Source: Candidatus Cloacimonadota bacterium (GTDB lineage Bacteria > UBA4055). Taken from it: a stretch of 64,000 nt of DNA. The position numbers and the translations under genes were made by a program. Numbering within the stretch: position 1 is the stretch's first letter; each line of letters opens with the position of its first letter. The stretch is taken from positions 6,185 through 70,184 of the forward strand of contig PDON01000066.1 of NCBI GenBank assembly GCA_002742935.1, read 5' to 3'. Positions 1-9,862 of the stretch are shown piece after piece. Below the pieces are notes generated by a model that saw only the letters and a list, made by a program, of their open reading frames with translations, did no database searches and was not told where the DNA came from.

Positions 1-532
1 ATTGAGAGTACAGAAAAAGTGTAGAGTATAGAGAATTTTTATAAGTAACATAAGCAAGGTATGATTGATCATATAGAGAGGTGGTATCTCTAAAAAATAT
101 ATATCTTTTAGAGGTTTTTCTGTCTGTATAGTAATATCTCTGCTCTCTCAGATACCCTTTTAAGCTTAAATATTTACCATTTATAGTTGAAAAATGACCA
201 AGCTTATCAATATTTTCACTATCCTTTTCACCATCTACATAAGGACCGGGATCTTTAACCTCGTTTCCTATTGAGAGATCGTAGGATATATTTTTTGTAC
301 TATCCAAAATATTATCATTTGGTAAAAAGTAGTTATTTATTTGATTAAAAATAGACCCCCTAAACTCAAAATCTTCAATTTTATACTCTTTAGAGTTGGA
401 AAAAAGTTGATAGGTCCCATCAAGATTATAAAAAGAGAACCTATTTGTTGAAAACTCCCTGTTTGAATAAGCCAAAAGAGAGGCGGTAAAAAGAGTAATA
501 AAAATAGTGTAGAAGTAGTATTTTACAGCCAT
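1..532 (-). CDS. hypothetical secreted protein (partial; C-terminal part lies beyond the window start)
   Basis: Own minus-strand translation: ATG at 532-530 gives MAVKYYFYTIFITLFTASLLAYSNREF... and stays open to position 1. Absent from the ORF track because no stop lies in the window. Signal-peptide-like N-terminus; 10-nt overlap with the upstream ORF end. Confidence 0.45.
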   Translation of the reverse strand, partial: MAVKYYFYTIFITLFTASLLAYSNREFSTNRFSFYNLDGTYQLFSNSKEYKIEDFEFRGSIFNQINNYFLPNDNILDSTKNISYDLSIGNEVKDPGPYVDGEKDSENIDKLGHFSTINGKYLSLKGYLREQRYYYTDRKTSKRYIFFRDTTSLYDQSYLAYVTYKNSLYSTLFLYSQ

Positions 533-1083
533 CTCTTTATCCTGTCACTTAGATTAAAATAGTAGGAAATACCCAAACCCAGGTAGGATCTATTAAGATT
601 AATTCTAGTAAAGACCTTTCTCTTAATAAAGTAAAAACTCAAACCAAAATCTTTAAAAACCCTAGCCTCAAAATCAAAACCATAATCAAAAAAGAACTCC
701 GATTCAGAGCTTCTTGCTTGGTTTCCCTTATAACCTTTCAAAAACATTCTATTATCACCTATAGCTATTGAGGGGGAGATAAGAAATATTTCACTAAACT
801 TAAAAGGTTTACTAATCTTTAATCTAAAATAGATTCCATCATAGTTGTATAAGCCCCTTTTCTTTGAGTAGTAGTGGTGTTCAATCTCAAATGTTGTAGT
901 AAGGTATTTATAGAAAATTGAAACAGCTCCTCCAAAACCATTTTTTTCGCTATAAAAATTATCAAAGCCGTTTTTCTCAACCGAAAAGTTGTAGATAGTT
1001 GAAACAGAGAACTTTTGAGGCATTGCAGAAAACAGATCAAAATTGAACAAGAGTATCATAAGTAGCAAAAGAGTATTTTTCAT
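523..1083 (-). CDS. hypothetical outer-membrane beta-barrel-like protein
   Basis: 186-aa ORF with signal peptide MKNTLLLLMILLFNFDLFSA; Gly/Tyr/Phe-rich alternating pattern. No family recognised. Confidence 0.5.
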   Translation of the reverse strand: MKNTLLLLMILLFNFDLFSAMPQKFSVSTIYNFSVEKNGFDNFYSEKNGFGGAVSIFYKYLTTTFEIEHHYYSKKRGLYNYDGIYFRLKISKPFKFSEIFLISPSIAIGDNRMFLKGYKGNQARSSESEFFFDYGFDFEARVFKDFGLSFYFIKRKVFTRINLNRSYLGLGISYYFNLSDRIKRWL

Positions 1084-1088
1084 AATCC

Positions 1089-1661
1089 TTACCTCTTAAC
1101 AACTTCAATCTCTTTAATTACTAAATCAATCTCCTTAAAAACATCACCTTTAGATGTATCAATGACAAAATCAGATCTATTTTCAAACTTATCAATAAAT
1201 GATTGAGCCTCTAATCTGCCCTTTAAAATCTCAATATCTCTATTCTCCCTGTTTGATAATCTTTTAAGAAGAGTATCTTTGTCAGCTTTCACAAAAATAG
1301 TTCTATCTGTAATAGTATCTATTTTAGCATCAAAAATAATAGCTCCATCAACTACAGTATCCACTCCCTTCTCTTTCATATCAGAAACAAGCTTAAACAG
1401 ACGAGGATAAAATATTTGGTTCAATTTTTCCAGATTCTCTCTCTTCCCAAACACTATTTTAGAAAGAAGATCTTTATCCAAATTCCCGTTTTTATATATG
1501 TTACTACCAAAGGCTGAAATAAGAGCAGATTTTACCTCATTTTGACTGTACATAAGCTTAGCTTCTCTATCAAGGTTAATATGGATAAAACCTTTGGTTG
1601 ACAAATAATCTGATATTGTTGTTTTACCTGAACCGGATTTACCGCAAATTCCTATAACCAA
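1089..1661 (-). CDS. coaE: dephospho-CoA kinase
   Basis: N-terminal P-loop IGICGKSGSGKTT, followed by the LD..A...FG..I...G.LD...VF...LN.I.YP spacing typical of CoaE; 190 aa. Confidence 0.7.
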   Translation of the reverse strand: MVIGICGKSGSGKTTISDYLSTKGFIHINLDREAKLMYSQNEVKSALISAFGSNIYKNGNLDKDLLSKIVFGKRENLEKLNQIFYPRLFKLVSDMKEKGVDTVVDGAIIFDAKIDTITDRTIFVKADKDTLLKRLSNRENRDIEILKGRLEAQSFIDKFENRSDFVIDTSKGDVFKEIDLVIKEIEVVKR

Positions 1662-1862
1662 AACACCTCCAACTAAATAGAGTAAAATTAAAACGATAAT
1701 TTAATAAAAACAGTAACAAAGTTAAAACAAATAATAAGGTACATGGTATAACCATTTAAAAGATAGATATTTTAAAATTGCATAGATTTTAATTGAACTT
1801 TATATTAAAAAGCTATCTATAATTACAGGAGTTAAACTATTGTTTTATAAGAAGAGGAAAGT

Positions 1863-3695
1863 ATGTGTGGAATAGTTGGATATATAGGAAATGATTTCTG
1901 TAAAGATTTCTTAATTGCCGGATTGAAAAGAGTTGAATATAGAGGTTATGATTCTGCGGGTATTGCAATATTCAATAATGGTAAATCAAATATTGTAAAA
2001 AGTGTAGGACCTATTACCGAACTTGAAACAAAATTGAATGGAAAGGTAGATGGGAATATAGGAATAGCTCATACAAGATGGGCAACCCACGGAGAACCTT
2101 CGGAAGAGAACTCGCACCCTCATTATTCAATGAATGAAAAAGTTATTTTAGTACACAACGGTATTATTGAAAACTATCAAACAATAAAAACTAAACTTGA
2201 AGATAAGGGCTATAAATTTTACTCTGAAACAGATACTGAAGTATTGGCAAATCTTATAGACTTTTACCTCGAGGATGATTTAGAAAGTAGCGTAGTAAGA
2301 GCTTTAAAAGATGTTAAAGGAACATACGGTATTGCTGTAGTTAACAACCAAAATCCTGAAGAGATAGTTGTTGCTAAGCTTGGCTCTCCTCTACTTATAG
2401 GTATTGGGGAAAATGAAAACTATTTTGCCAGTGATGCTTCATCAATTTTGAATAAAACAAAAGATGTAATATATCTAAATGATAATGAAATTGCAGTTAT
2501 AAAAAAGGATGGAATTACTCATAAAAGTTTGACAAGAGAAAAAGTTGATACAATTGTAGAGAAAGTAAACTTTGATCTTTCAGAAATAGAAAAGGGTGGA
2601 TTTGATCATTTCATGCATAAAGAGATCTTTGAGCAACCAAAAACCATTATGGATGCTATGAGAGGTAGATTACTGATTGAAGAGGGTACCAGTAAACTTG
2701 GAGGTTTACGAGAGAAACCTAAGGCGTACGAAGCTCTGGTAAATGCAAAAAAGATATACATTGTGGCTTGTGGAACAAGTTGGCATAGTGCCCTAATTGG
2801 CGAATATATGCTAGAGGAATATGCAAAGATACCTGTTGAGGTTGAGTATGGTTCAGAATTTAGATACAGAGATCCTATCATTGAGGAGGGAAATGTAGTT
2901 ATAGCAATATCTCAATCGGGAGAAACAGCAGATACTTTAGCTGCAATAAAAGAAGCTAAGAGAAAAGGAGCCGTAACCATAGGTTTGTGTAATGTTGTTG
3001 GTTCAGCCATTGCAAAAGAGACAGACGCAGGGGTATATCTTCATGCAGGTCCTGAAATTGGTGTTGCATCTACAAAAGCTTTTACCTCCCAAATTATTGT
3101 TTTGGCTCTCATGACTTTGGAAATTGCAAGGAAGAAAAATATGTCCTTTAGAGATGGTTACTCAATTGTAAAGGAGATGACTATTCTTCCTAATTTAGCA
3201 GAGTCAATCCTAAAAAATGAGGAGATTATAAAAGAGATAGCCCAAAGATTTAAAGATGTTTCAAACTTTATATATTTAGGAAGAGGGTACAACTTTCCTG
3301 TAGCACTTGAAGGAGCTCTTAAACTTAAAGAGATCTCATATATCCATGCAGAAGGCTATCCTGCAGCAGAAATGAAACATGGACCTATTGCCTTAATTGA
3401 TGAAAATATGCCTGTAGTTGCATTGGCAACAGAGGATTCAATATATGAAAAAGTTCTAAGCAATATTGAGGAAGTAAAAGCGAGAAAAGGAATAATTATA
3501 TCTATTGCAAATCATGGAGATGATAAGATTGATAAAATATCAGACTATGTAATAAGAGTTCCTCATACATCAAACCTATTAATGCCTATACTTACGGTAA
3601 TTCCTCTTCAACTTCTCTCATATCATATTGCTATTCTTAGGGGTTGTAATGTTGATATGCCTAGAAATTTAGCAAAAAGTGTAACTGTGGAGTAG
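1863..3695 (+). CDS. glmS: glutamine--fructose-6-phosphate aminotransferase
   Basis: 610 aa; MCGIVGYIG nucleophile-Cys N-terminus, two SIS domains, C-terminal LAKSVTVE; GGA-rich RBS upstream. Confidence 0.97.
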   Translation: MCGIVGYIGNDFCKDFLIAGLKRVEYRGYDSAGIAIFNNGKSNIVKSVGPITELETKLNGKVDGNIGIAHTRWATHGEPSEENSHPHYSMNEKVILVHNGIIENYQTIKTKLEDKGYKFYSETDTEVLANLIDFYLEDDLESSVVRALKDVKGTYGIAVVNNQNPEEIVVAKLGSPLLIGIGENENYFASDASSILNKTKDVIYLNDNEIAVIKKDGITHKSLTREKVDTIVEKVNFDLSEIEKGGFDHFMHKEIFEQPKTIMDAMRGRLLIEEGTSKLGGLREKPKAYEALVNAKKIYIVACGTSWHSALIGEYMLEEYAKIPVEVEYGSEFRYRDPIIEEGNVVIAISQSGETADTLAAIKEAKRKGAVTIGLCNVVGSAIAKETDAGVYLHAGPEIGVASTKAFTSQIIVLALMTLEIARKKNMSFRDGYSIVKEMTILPNLAESILKNEEIIKEIAQRFKDVSNFIYLGRGYNFPVALEGALKLKEISYIHAEGYPAAEMKHGPIALIDENMPVVALATEDSIYEKVLSNIEEVKARKGIIISIANHGDDKIDKISDYVIRVPHTSNLLMPILTVIPLQLLSYHIAILRGCNVDMPRNLAKSVTVE

Positions 3696-3703
3696 GTTTT
3701 ATA

Positions 3704-5356
3704 ATGAAGTTTCCTATTGTCCTAATATTAATATTCTCAACACTTCTATACTCAAATGTTTATGAAGTTGTGGATAGCTTCAATAAAAAAAATTATCAAG
3801 GAGTGATAGAAAAAACAATATCGATTCCTGATCCCGGATCAGAAACGGCAGGTTACTACTTCCTCTACAGAGGTATTGCTCTTTATAACTTGGAGAAATA
3901 TAGTTTTTCCATAAAAACATTGGAACAGTTTATCTCTGTTTATGGAGACAGAGCAGATACAGATCTTGCCCTTCAATATTTGGCAATGAGCTATTATAAA
4001 CTTGAGAACAGTGTAAAAGCTGTTGATATACTGGATAAACTAACATATTCAAAGGATAAAAATATAAGTAACACCTCTATGGAGTTGGCAAAAAAGATTA
4101 TTGAAACAAAATCAACCTCTCATGATCTAAAAAAACTTCTCTCCAAGGTAACAAATAAAAAACTGTATAAATCAATAAAAAAAGAGATGAAAAGTTTAGA
4201 TCTACTGGTTGTTCTGCCTCTTTCGGGAGAAAACAGTAGCGGGGGAAATGATCTGCTAAGAGGTATGAATCTCTACATTGAAAAGAACAAAGGCAAATTT
4301 AAGAAGAAGATCAAGCTTGATGTAATAAATAGTGAATCTTCAATGGTTAATATGGTAAAAAAAGTAACCAAGAAGGTTGAAAATGGGAAATATGACCTTG
4401 TAGTTGGAGAGCTTACATCAAAATTTTCAGGAGCATTGGCAGGCATTACATCAGCCTATAAAATACCACTTCTAATTCCTGTAGCATCTCAAAAAATACT
4501 ATCCGAGATCTCGGAGAATATCTACCAATTGAGTAGTTCTTCATACACAATATCTCAAAAAGTTGCCGCTTATGCCATAGATTCACTAAAATATAAAACT
4601 TTTGCAATACTTTCACCTATGAGCTCTGAAGGAAAAGAGGCATCTGACGGTTTTATTACTAAAGTTCAAGAAAAAGGTGGAGATATAATATCTCAGGAGT
4701 GGTATTTTGATTCAACAAAACTAAGTAGACAACTTAAGAGAATAAGAGAGAATGTACTTATTCTAGACTCTCTTGACATTCAAGATTATATGGAAGCTGA
4801 TTCCATAAAAACTATACCTGCAAACGGTATTGATGCCTTTTTCATACCTATCGATTTTGAAGAGATTCAAAATGTAACTTCCCAATTTGCATTCTATAAC
4901 TTTAACTCTAAACTATTAGGAACATTTGGATGGAATGATGAAAGAGAGCTTTATAAGGTAAGAACCTTAATTGACAGCCTGGTTTTTGGGGATGAAAGCA
5001 GTTACTCTACAAACAATTTAGAGTATAGAGAATTTACAGAAGATTATAGGGAAAAGTATGATCTCGCACCAAGTAGATTAGCAATTAAAGGGTATGATAT
5101 ATTGAGGCTTATTCATAGAGAACTACTGAAAAGTGAGGATATAAAATCAGCTCTTAAAGATCTTGAAAGCTACGAAGGTATTAGCGGAAGACTGGAATGG
5201 AACGGTAATAGAACAAATCAAAATGTTGAACTCTTCAAATATTCCAGATCAAAAGGAATCAAAAAGATAGAGTATACTGAAACTCCTTTAGACAGCTTGG
5301 CTCCTTTGGACAGCTTAAATATATTGAATACTGATTCTCTATCTATTCCAAAATAG
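3704..5356 (+). CDS. secreted TPR + type-I periplasmic-binding-fold protein (LpoA-like architecture, tentative)
   Basis: Starts 9 nt after the glmS stop. Signal peptide MKFPIVLILIFSTLLYS, TPR-like N-terminal helices, Leu/Ile/Val-binding-protein-like C-terminal region. Family call by eye only. Confidence 0.45.
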   Translation: MKFPIVLILIFSTLLYSNVYEVVDSFNKKNYQGVIEKTISIPDPGSETAGYYFLYRGIALYNLEKYSFSIKTLEQFISVYGDRADTDLALQYLAMSYYKLENSVKAVDILDKLTYSKDKNISNTSMELAKKIIETKSTSHDLKKLLSKVTNKKLYKSIKKEMKSLDLLVVLPLSGENSSGGNDLLRGMNLYIEKNKGKFKKKIKLDVINSESSMVNMVKKVTKKVENGKYDLVVGELTSKFSGALAGITSAYKIPLLIPVASQKILSEISENIYQLSSSSYTISQKVAAYAIDSLKYKTFAILSPMSSEGKEASDGFITKVQEKGGDIISQEWYFDSTKLSRQLKRIRENVLILDSLDIQDYMEADSIKTIPANGIDAFFIPIDFEEIQNVTSQFAFYNFNSKLLGTFGWNDERELYKVRTLIDSLVFGDESSYSTNNLEYREFTEDYREKYDLAPSRLAIKGYDILRLIHRELLKSEDIKSALKDLESYEGISGRLEWNGNRTNQNVELFKYSRSKGIKKIEYTETPLDSLAPLDSLNILNTDSLSIPK

Positions 5357-5377
5357 CAATCAAGCTACAATAAATTT

Positions 5378-5425
5378 AAGAGTAAAAGGGGTTTTAAGAA
5401 ATTTAAGATCCCTTTTACTCTTTTT
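5378..5425 (+). terminator. rho-independent terminator
   Basis: GAGTAAAAGGG (5380-5390) pairs with CCCTTTTACTC (5410-5420), extendable inward; followed by TTTTT. Confidence 0.6.
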
Positions 5426-5523
5426 ACATAGAGCCTAATTACTTATTTGTTATTTCCATTTTATTATGTTATTCTATAAGTATATAGAAAAATGAAATTA
5501 AACTTTTTTATAAAGGAGTAACC

Positions 5524-6591
5524 ATGTTAAGAATTATGATATTGATATCACTGCTTTTCTCAACAGCTTTTTCAGAGGAATCCGATGTTCTTAAAAAATA
5601 TCTTGAGAATGTTAAAAAGGAGAGAACCGAATATAATGAAAATGTTCTCAAAGAGAGGAAACTCTGGGAAGATTATGTAAAAAAAGAGAGAAAAAAGTGG
5701 AAAGAGATGGTATCTGCAGTTAGGGGAAAATGGGGGGAGTTCTCTCCTACAACAGATAAAATATGGTCTGAATACTCCAAAGATTTCTCTTCCCATTCAA
5801 AAGTTGATTTTGAAAATGATCTTATAGAGGTTGAAGTTGTTATGGATGACGAATCTAATCCAAACAAAAAACTTCAAAAACAGTTTGATAAAATATTAGA
5901 AGAGAAAGATCCTTACACAGGAAAACCTATTATGGAGGATCAAGTAGAGAGCGAAAACCTTATCATAAACAATAATAAAATTAAAGAGAGTGTAGTTATT
6001 GGTGATGATGGAAGAGCAAGAAAGAAGTACACAGTTTCTGTAAAGATGGCTCCAAAATCACTTCAAAAAAGAGCTAAAAGATATATGCCTATGGTAGAGC
6101 AATACTCAAAAAAATATGATTTGGATCCTGCTATGGTTATGGCTCTAATACATACAGAATCTGCCTTTAATCCTAAAGCATACTCCAGAAGACCTGACGG
6201 AACTCCAATGGCATGCGGTTTAATGCAAATAATACCTACTCAAGCCGGAAGAGATGCTCATAAAGCTCTATTTGGAAGTGATAAGATTGTCAGGCCGGAG
6301 TTTTTATTTAAACCGGATAATAATATCAAAATGGGAACTTGGTATATAAAATCTTTGAGAAAATTTTGGAATAGAAGGGATAAAAATTTAAGTTCAGAGA
6401 AAAATAACTATCTAACTATTATATCTTACAATCAAGGTATGGGAACAATTTTAAAAAGATATAAAGCTAATAATCTCTACGGGAAATCAGCCCAAAAGAC
6501 CTACACAACACTAAACACAGATATGAATATAAGTAAAGAGGGTAGAGACTATATTGAAAGAGTTGTAAAAAGAACTGATCTTTATAAATAG
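5524..6591 (+). CDS. lytic murein transglycosylase (MltC-like, SLT domain)
   Basis: Signal peptide; SLT catalytic region ALIHTESAFNPKAYS...ACGLMQIIPTQAGRDA; long N-terminal domain as in MltC. Confidence 0.8.
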   Translation: MLRIMILISLLFSTAFSEESDVLKKYLENVKKERTEYNENVLKERKLWEDYVKKERKKWKEMVSAVRGKWGEFSPTTDKIWSEYSKDFSSHSKVDFENDLIEVEVVMDDESNPNKKLQKQFDKILEEKDPYTGKPIMEDQVESENLIINNNKIKESVVIGDDGRARKKYTVSVKMAPKSLQKRAKRYMPMVEQYSKKYDLDPAMVMALIHTESAFNPKAYSRRPDGTPMACGLMQIIPTQAGRDAHKALFGSDKIVRPEFLFKPDNNIKMGTWYIKSLRKFWNRRDKNLSSEKNNYLTIISYNQGMGTILKRYKANNLYGKSAQKTYTTLNTDMNISKEGRDYIERVVKRTDLYK

Positions 6592-6683
6592 TAAATTTTC
6601 AACATAGTTTATAGAAGTTAACCATAATAAAAGCTTCAAGCTTTACATTTTTTCGGTAGAACCGGGAACTCTACCCAATAGAT

Positions 6684-6730
6684 AAAATAAAAGTTTATAG
6701 GTTTTGGAAAATCTATAAACTTTTATTTTT
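6684..6730 (+). terminator. 17-bp perfect hairpin followed by a T-run
   Basis: AAAATAAAAGTTTATAG (6684-6700) is the exact reverse complement of 6713-6729; 12-nt loop; T-rich tail. Confidence 0.6.
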
Positions 6731-6801
6731 TGGTTTTAACTTGATTTTAAATTCCTTATTTTACTATTGATGATAATACAAAAATTTAGAAGGAAACAAT
6801 T

Positions 6802-7266
6802 ATGAACTATATTACAAAAGAGGGAATGGAAGATCTTGTTAATCAACTTAAAGACCTAAAATTTAATATTAGAGCTGAAGCTACAGAAAGATTAAATGCA
6901 GCAAGAAAACATGGCGATTTAAGAGAGAATGGAGACTATAAAGCGGCAAAAGAAGAGATTGCCCAAATAGATGCTAAAATAGGAGAACTTGAACGCACAA
7001 TATCCAGTTCTCAAATTATTGATAAGAAAGATATTAATATAGAATCCGTACAGATATTAAATCATGTAAAACTTAAAGATCATACAAGAAACAGAACTTT
7101 GGAGTATACCTTAGTTTCACCTTCAGAAGCAGATCCTCTAAATGGAAAGCTTTCAGTAGAAACACCTATAGCAAAAGGAATTTTAGGGCTAAAAGTAGGA
7201 GAAAAAGCTATTGTAAAAATACCTGCGGGGGATATTGAACTTGAAGTGTTGGAAATATCAATTTAA
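6802..7266 (+). CDS. greA: transcription elongation factor GreA
   Basis: 154 aa; N-terminal coiled-coil ...AARKHGDLRENGDYKAAKEE... and C-terminal FKBP-like domain. RBS GAAGGAAAC. Confidence 0.9.
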   Translation: MNYITKEGMEDLVNQLKDLKFNIRAEATERLNAARKHGDLRENGDYKAAKEEIAQIDAKIGELERTISSSQIIDKKDINIESVQILNHVKLKDHTRNRTLEYTLVSPSEADPLNGKLSVETPIAKGILGLKVGEKAIVKIPAGDIELEVLEISI

Positions 7267-7344
7267 TGTTTTACAAAGAATCTGCTAAAAAAGAGATAGA
7301 TTGTATTAGTTTAGTAAGTTATCTAGATTTTAAAAGCTACTACT

Positions 7345-7374
7345 AATGGTCGGGAGATAGAATTCCTGACCATT
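7345..7374 (+). terminator. hairpin after greA
   Basis: AATGGTCGGGA pairs with TCCTGACCATT (11 bp including one G-U), 8-nt loop. The U-tract is weak. Confidence 0.45.
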
Positions 7375-7505
7375 GTACTTTATGGTTTACATTCAAAATA
7401 ATAGAATTTATATTTTATAACTATAGTAGATTAGAGTATTTGAGATGGTAACAGATATGTAAATCTGGGCTATGGAAAAAAGATCATTAGCAGAGTAGGG
7501 AAAAT

Positions 7506-8555
7506 ATGGATCTGAAAATTTTAATCATAAATGATAGTAAAAACACCAATAATCTTTACTCGTTAATGAAAGAAAATCATTTAATTGTAGATCAAACTCT
7601 CAGTATTAATATATTAGGCTCTGTTAACAAGCTTAATCCGGATATTATAATAATAAACTTTAATAGTTATGAAAAACTTTCTGTAATAAAAGAGTTGAAA
7701 GATATGGGTTTTGACCAAAACTCTATTGTAGTAGTTACTAAGATTGATGAACAGGAAAGTATTGAAAAAATTTACTCTGAAGGTATATCCCTATTTTTAA
7801 GAGAACCATTTAGCATATTTGAGATAAAAGCTATTATTTCAAACATGAAAGTTTTAAAAAGAACAGGAAAACGACTTAAAGATGAAATAACAAAGAGATC
7901 AAAGATAGAGTGGAAATTTAGAAAGTTTGTATCTTTTTCAGTATTTGGAATGTTGCTAATTGATAAAGATCTTAACATTTCCCTCTGGAATAAGGGAGCA
8001 GAAAATATTTTTGGCTATAAAAAGAGTGAAGTAATAGGAAAAAATTTTTTAAAATTTATACCCTTAGGTGAAAATAAAATATTAGACTTTGCCTACCAAA
8101 AAGATCGTTTTTTTGAGATTGAATCATACAACAAAAAAGGTGAAAGAATAAACTTGGAGATCAGCTTTACTATTGAGATATTTGAAGATAATAGTAATAT
8201 TGCAATATTTATTAAAGATATCAGTGAACACAAAAAGTATCTAAAGCTCCAAAAAGAGAGTGAAAGGCAGAGAGAAAAATTAAAAGAACTTGAAGCTTTT
8301 AACGCCACTATAATAACCTTAAATCACAATCTAAAACAACCTATATGCTCAATTGTATCAAATATTCAATTGGCGTTAAACAATAAGAATAGAAACAAGG
8401 GAAACGACAAATTCTTAAAAAGAATAGATTCATCAAGCAAAACAATATGTTCTATAGTGGATAAAATAGGAAATATAAAAAATTTAAAATATATAGATTA
8501 TGCGGGTAGGTACAAAATGATAGATTTAAATGAGGATATTGATGAGCATAATTAG
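7506..8555 (+). CDS. pseudo-receiver / PAS / DHp (HisKA-like) signalling protein without ATPase domain
   Basis: REC-like N-terminus with the acceptor Asp position read as Asn (PDIIIINFNSYEK). PAS-like core (SLWNKGAENIFGYKKSEVIGKNF). His box LNHNLKQPICSI. The ORF ends about 60 aa later with no N/G1/G2 boxes. Confidence 0.6.
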   Translation: MDLKILIINDSKNTNNLYSLMKENHLIVDQTLSINILGSVNKLNPDIIIINFNSYEKLSVIKELKDMGFDQNSIVVVTKIDEQESIEKIYSEGISLFLREPFSIFEIKAIISNMKVLKRTGKRLKDEITKRSKIEWKFRKFVSFSVFGMLLIDKDLNISLWNKGAENIFGYKKSEVIGKNFLKFIPLGENKILDFAYQKDRFFEIESYNKKGERINLEISFTIEIFEDNSNIAIFIKDISEHKKYLKLQKESERQREKLKELEAFNATIITLNHNLKQPICSIVSNIQLALNNKNRNKGNDKFLKRIDSSSKTICSIVDKIGNIKNLKYIDYAGRYKMIDLNEDIDEHN

Positions 8556-9633
8556 ATTAATAAAACTAATATTTAAAAACTATCTTCACCCCCAAAGTAA
8601 TTCTATTTTAATAGTATTCCTTATTGCTTTAATTTTAAATATTGTAACAGGTTCCCTATTCTATTACTTTGAAAGCTCTGTACAAGATATAACATATATT
8701 GATTCTATATGGTGGTCAATGGTTACAATGACTACTGTAGGTTATGGTGACTTTTTCCCAAAGACCATTATAGGAAGATTTTTAATAACCTACCCTACAA
8801 TGGTAATAGGTATTGGTCTCATTGGTTATCTTATTGGAGTTGTGGCTGAAAGTATAATTGATTTTGCAGCAAGAAAGAGGAAAGGTCTTATGGAAATAAC
8901 ATTTAGTGATCATATAATTATTTGTAACTATCCAAGCGAGGAAAAAGTATTAAATCTTATTAAAGAGTTAAAGTTTGTTCCTGAACTTAAAAATAAAAGG
9001 ATAGTACTCATAACAGAAGTAATAGATCAACTTCCGGAATCATTTAAAAATGATAAAATAAGGTTTATAAAGGGAGTCCCCACCGATGAAGTAACTCTTT
9101 TAAAAGCAAATATACTCAATTGTAACGGGGTTATTATACTTTCCGAAAGCAACAACTATATTGCTGACGACAGATCCTACACAATAGGTTCCCTGATTGA
9201 GATAATGGAAAAGAACTTTAAAACTCCTATAAAAACAATTACAGAGATAATAAGGGAAAGAAATAAACCCCTCATAGAAAAAGCTGAAGTTGACGGTATT
9301 GTAAGTACAGAAGGGATTTCAGGACAGCTTATTGTTCAGGAGTTTGTTAATCCGGGAATAAACGGAGTTCTAAAACAACTAATGACAAATAGTATAGGGA
9401 GTCAACTCTATTTGTATGAAACAGATCTTGGTGGATATAAAATTACAGATCTTCAACTAAAAGCAATTAAGTATGATAAAGATATTCAAATAATAGGTGT
9501 TTCAAGAGAGGGGAAAGATATATTAAACCCTAAAAAAGGTTTTATTTTGCAGGAGAAAGATAAACTGATAATTATTGCAGAATCAAGAAAAGATATTGTG
9601 GATCTTGAAAAATTATTTGACACTACCTCTTGA
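8530..9633 (+). CDS. potassium channel with C-terminal RCK/TrkA-like domain
   Basis: Selectivity filter TTVGYGD between two TM helices; Rossmann-like IIICNYPSEEKV... afterwards. Overlaps the upstream ORF; the start could be ATG 8542. Confidence 0.85.
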   Translation: MRILMSIIRLIKLIFKNYLHPQSNSILIVFLIALILNIVTGSLFYYFESSVQDITYIDSIWWSMVTMTTVGYGDFFPKTIIGRFLITYPTMVIGIGLIGYLIGVVAESIIDFAARKRKGLMEITFSDHIIICNYPSEEKVLNLIKELKFVPELKNKRIVLITEVIDQLPESFKNDKIRFIKGVPTDEVTLLKANILNCNGVIILSESNNYIADDRSYTIGSLIEIMEKNFKTPIKTITEIIRERNKPLIEKAEVDGIVSTEGISGQLIVQEFVNPGINGVLKQLMTNSIGSQLYLYETDLGGYKITDLQLKAIKYDKDIQIIGVSREGKDILNPKKGFILQEKDKLIIIAESRKDIVDLEKLFDTTS

Positions 9634-9768
9634 CAAATGTTAAAAAATATATTTTAATGTATTAGTAGAGAACTATATTAACTTAACTATTGTAACTTAA
9701 AGTAGACTCTCCGGGTTTTGTATGTCTAAGGTCCTTAGTCGTATACTATTGAAGGGGTTTCATAGAAG

Positions 9769-9809
9769 CTCTTATCCAGTTAGGATCTAAAAAAGATCCT
9801 AAATAAGAG
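9769..9809 (+). terminator. two-tier hairpin (7 bp + 9 bp) followed by TATTTT
   Basis: CTCTTAT/ATAAGAG lower stem and TTAGGATCT/AGATCCTAA upper stem, AAAAA loop. Lies between the channel gene and the psp-like genes. Confidence 0.5.
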
Positions 9810-9862
9810 TATTTTAAAATATATTTTGCAACTGCTTAAAATTAAAAAAGAGGAGATATCTT

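Noticed and set aside
1662-1862. glmS ribozyme upstream of glmS
   Set aside because: The 200-nt leader is almost pure A/T, with none of the conserved GC-rich core segments of the glmS ribozyme.
5281-5320. Tandem duplication CCTTTAGACAGCTTGGCT / CCTTTGGACAGCTTAAAT (PLDSLA-PLDSLN) at the 3' end of the 550-aa gene
   Set aside because: It is a single in-frame 18-nt duplication in a low-complexity C-terminal tail. It is most simply a slippage event and not a regulatory repeat.
6629-6644. AAAAGCTTCAAGCTTT palindrome as the terminator of the transglycosylase gene
   Set aside because: The two arms are separated by a single nucleotide, so no stable loop can form. The 17-bp hairpin at 6684-6729 is the credible terminator.
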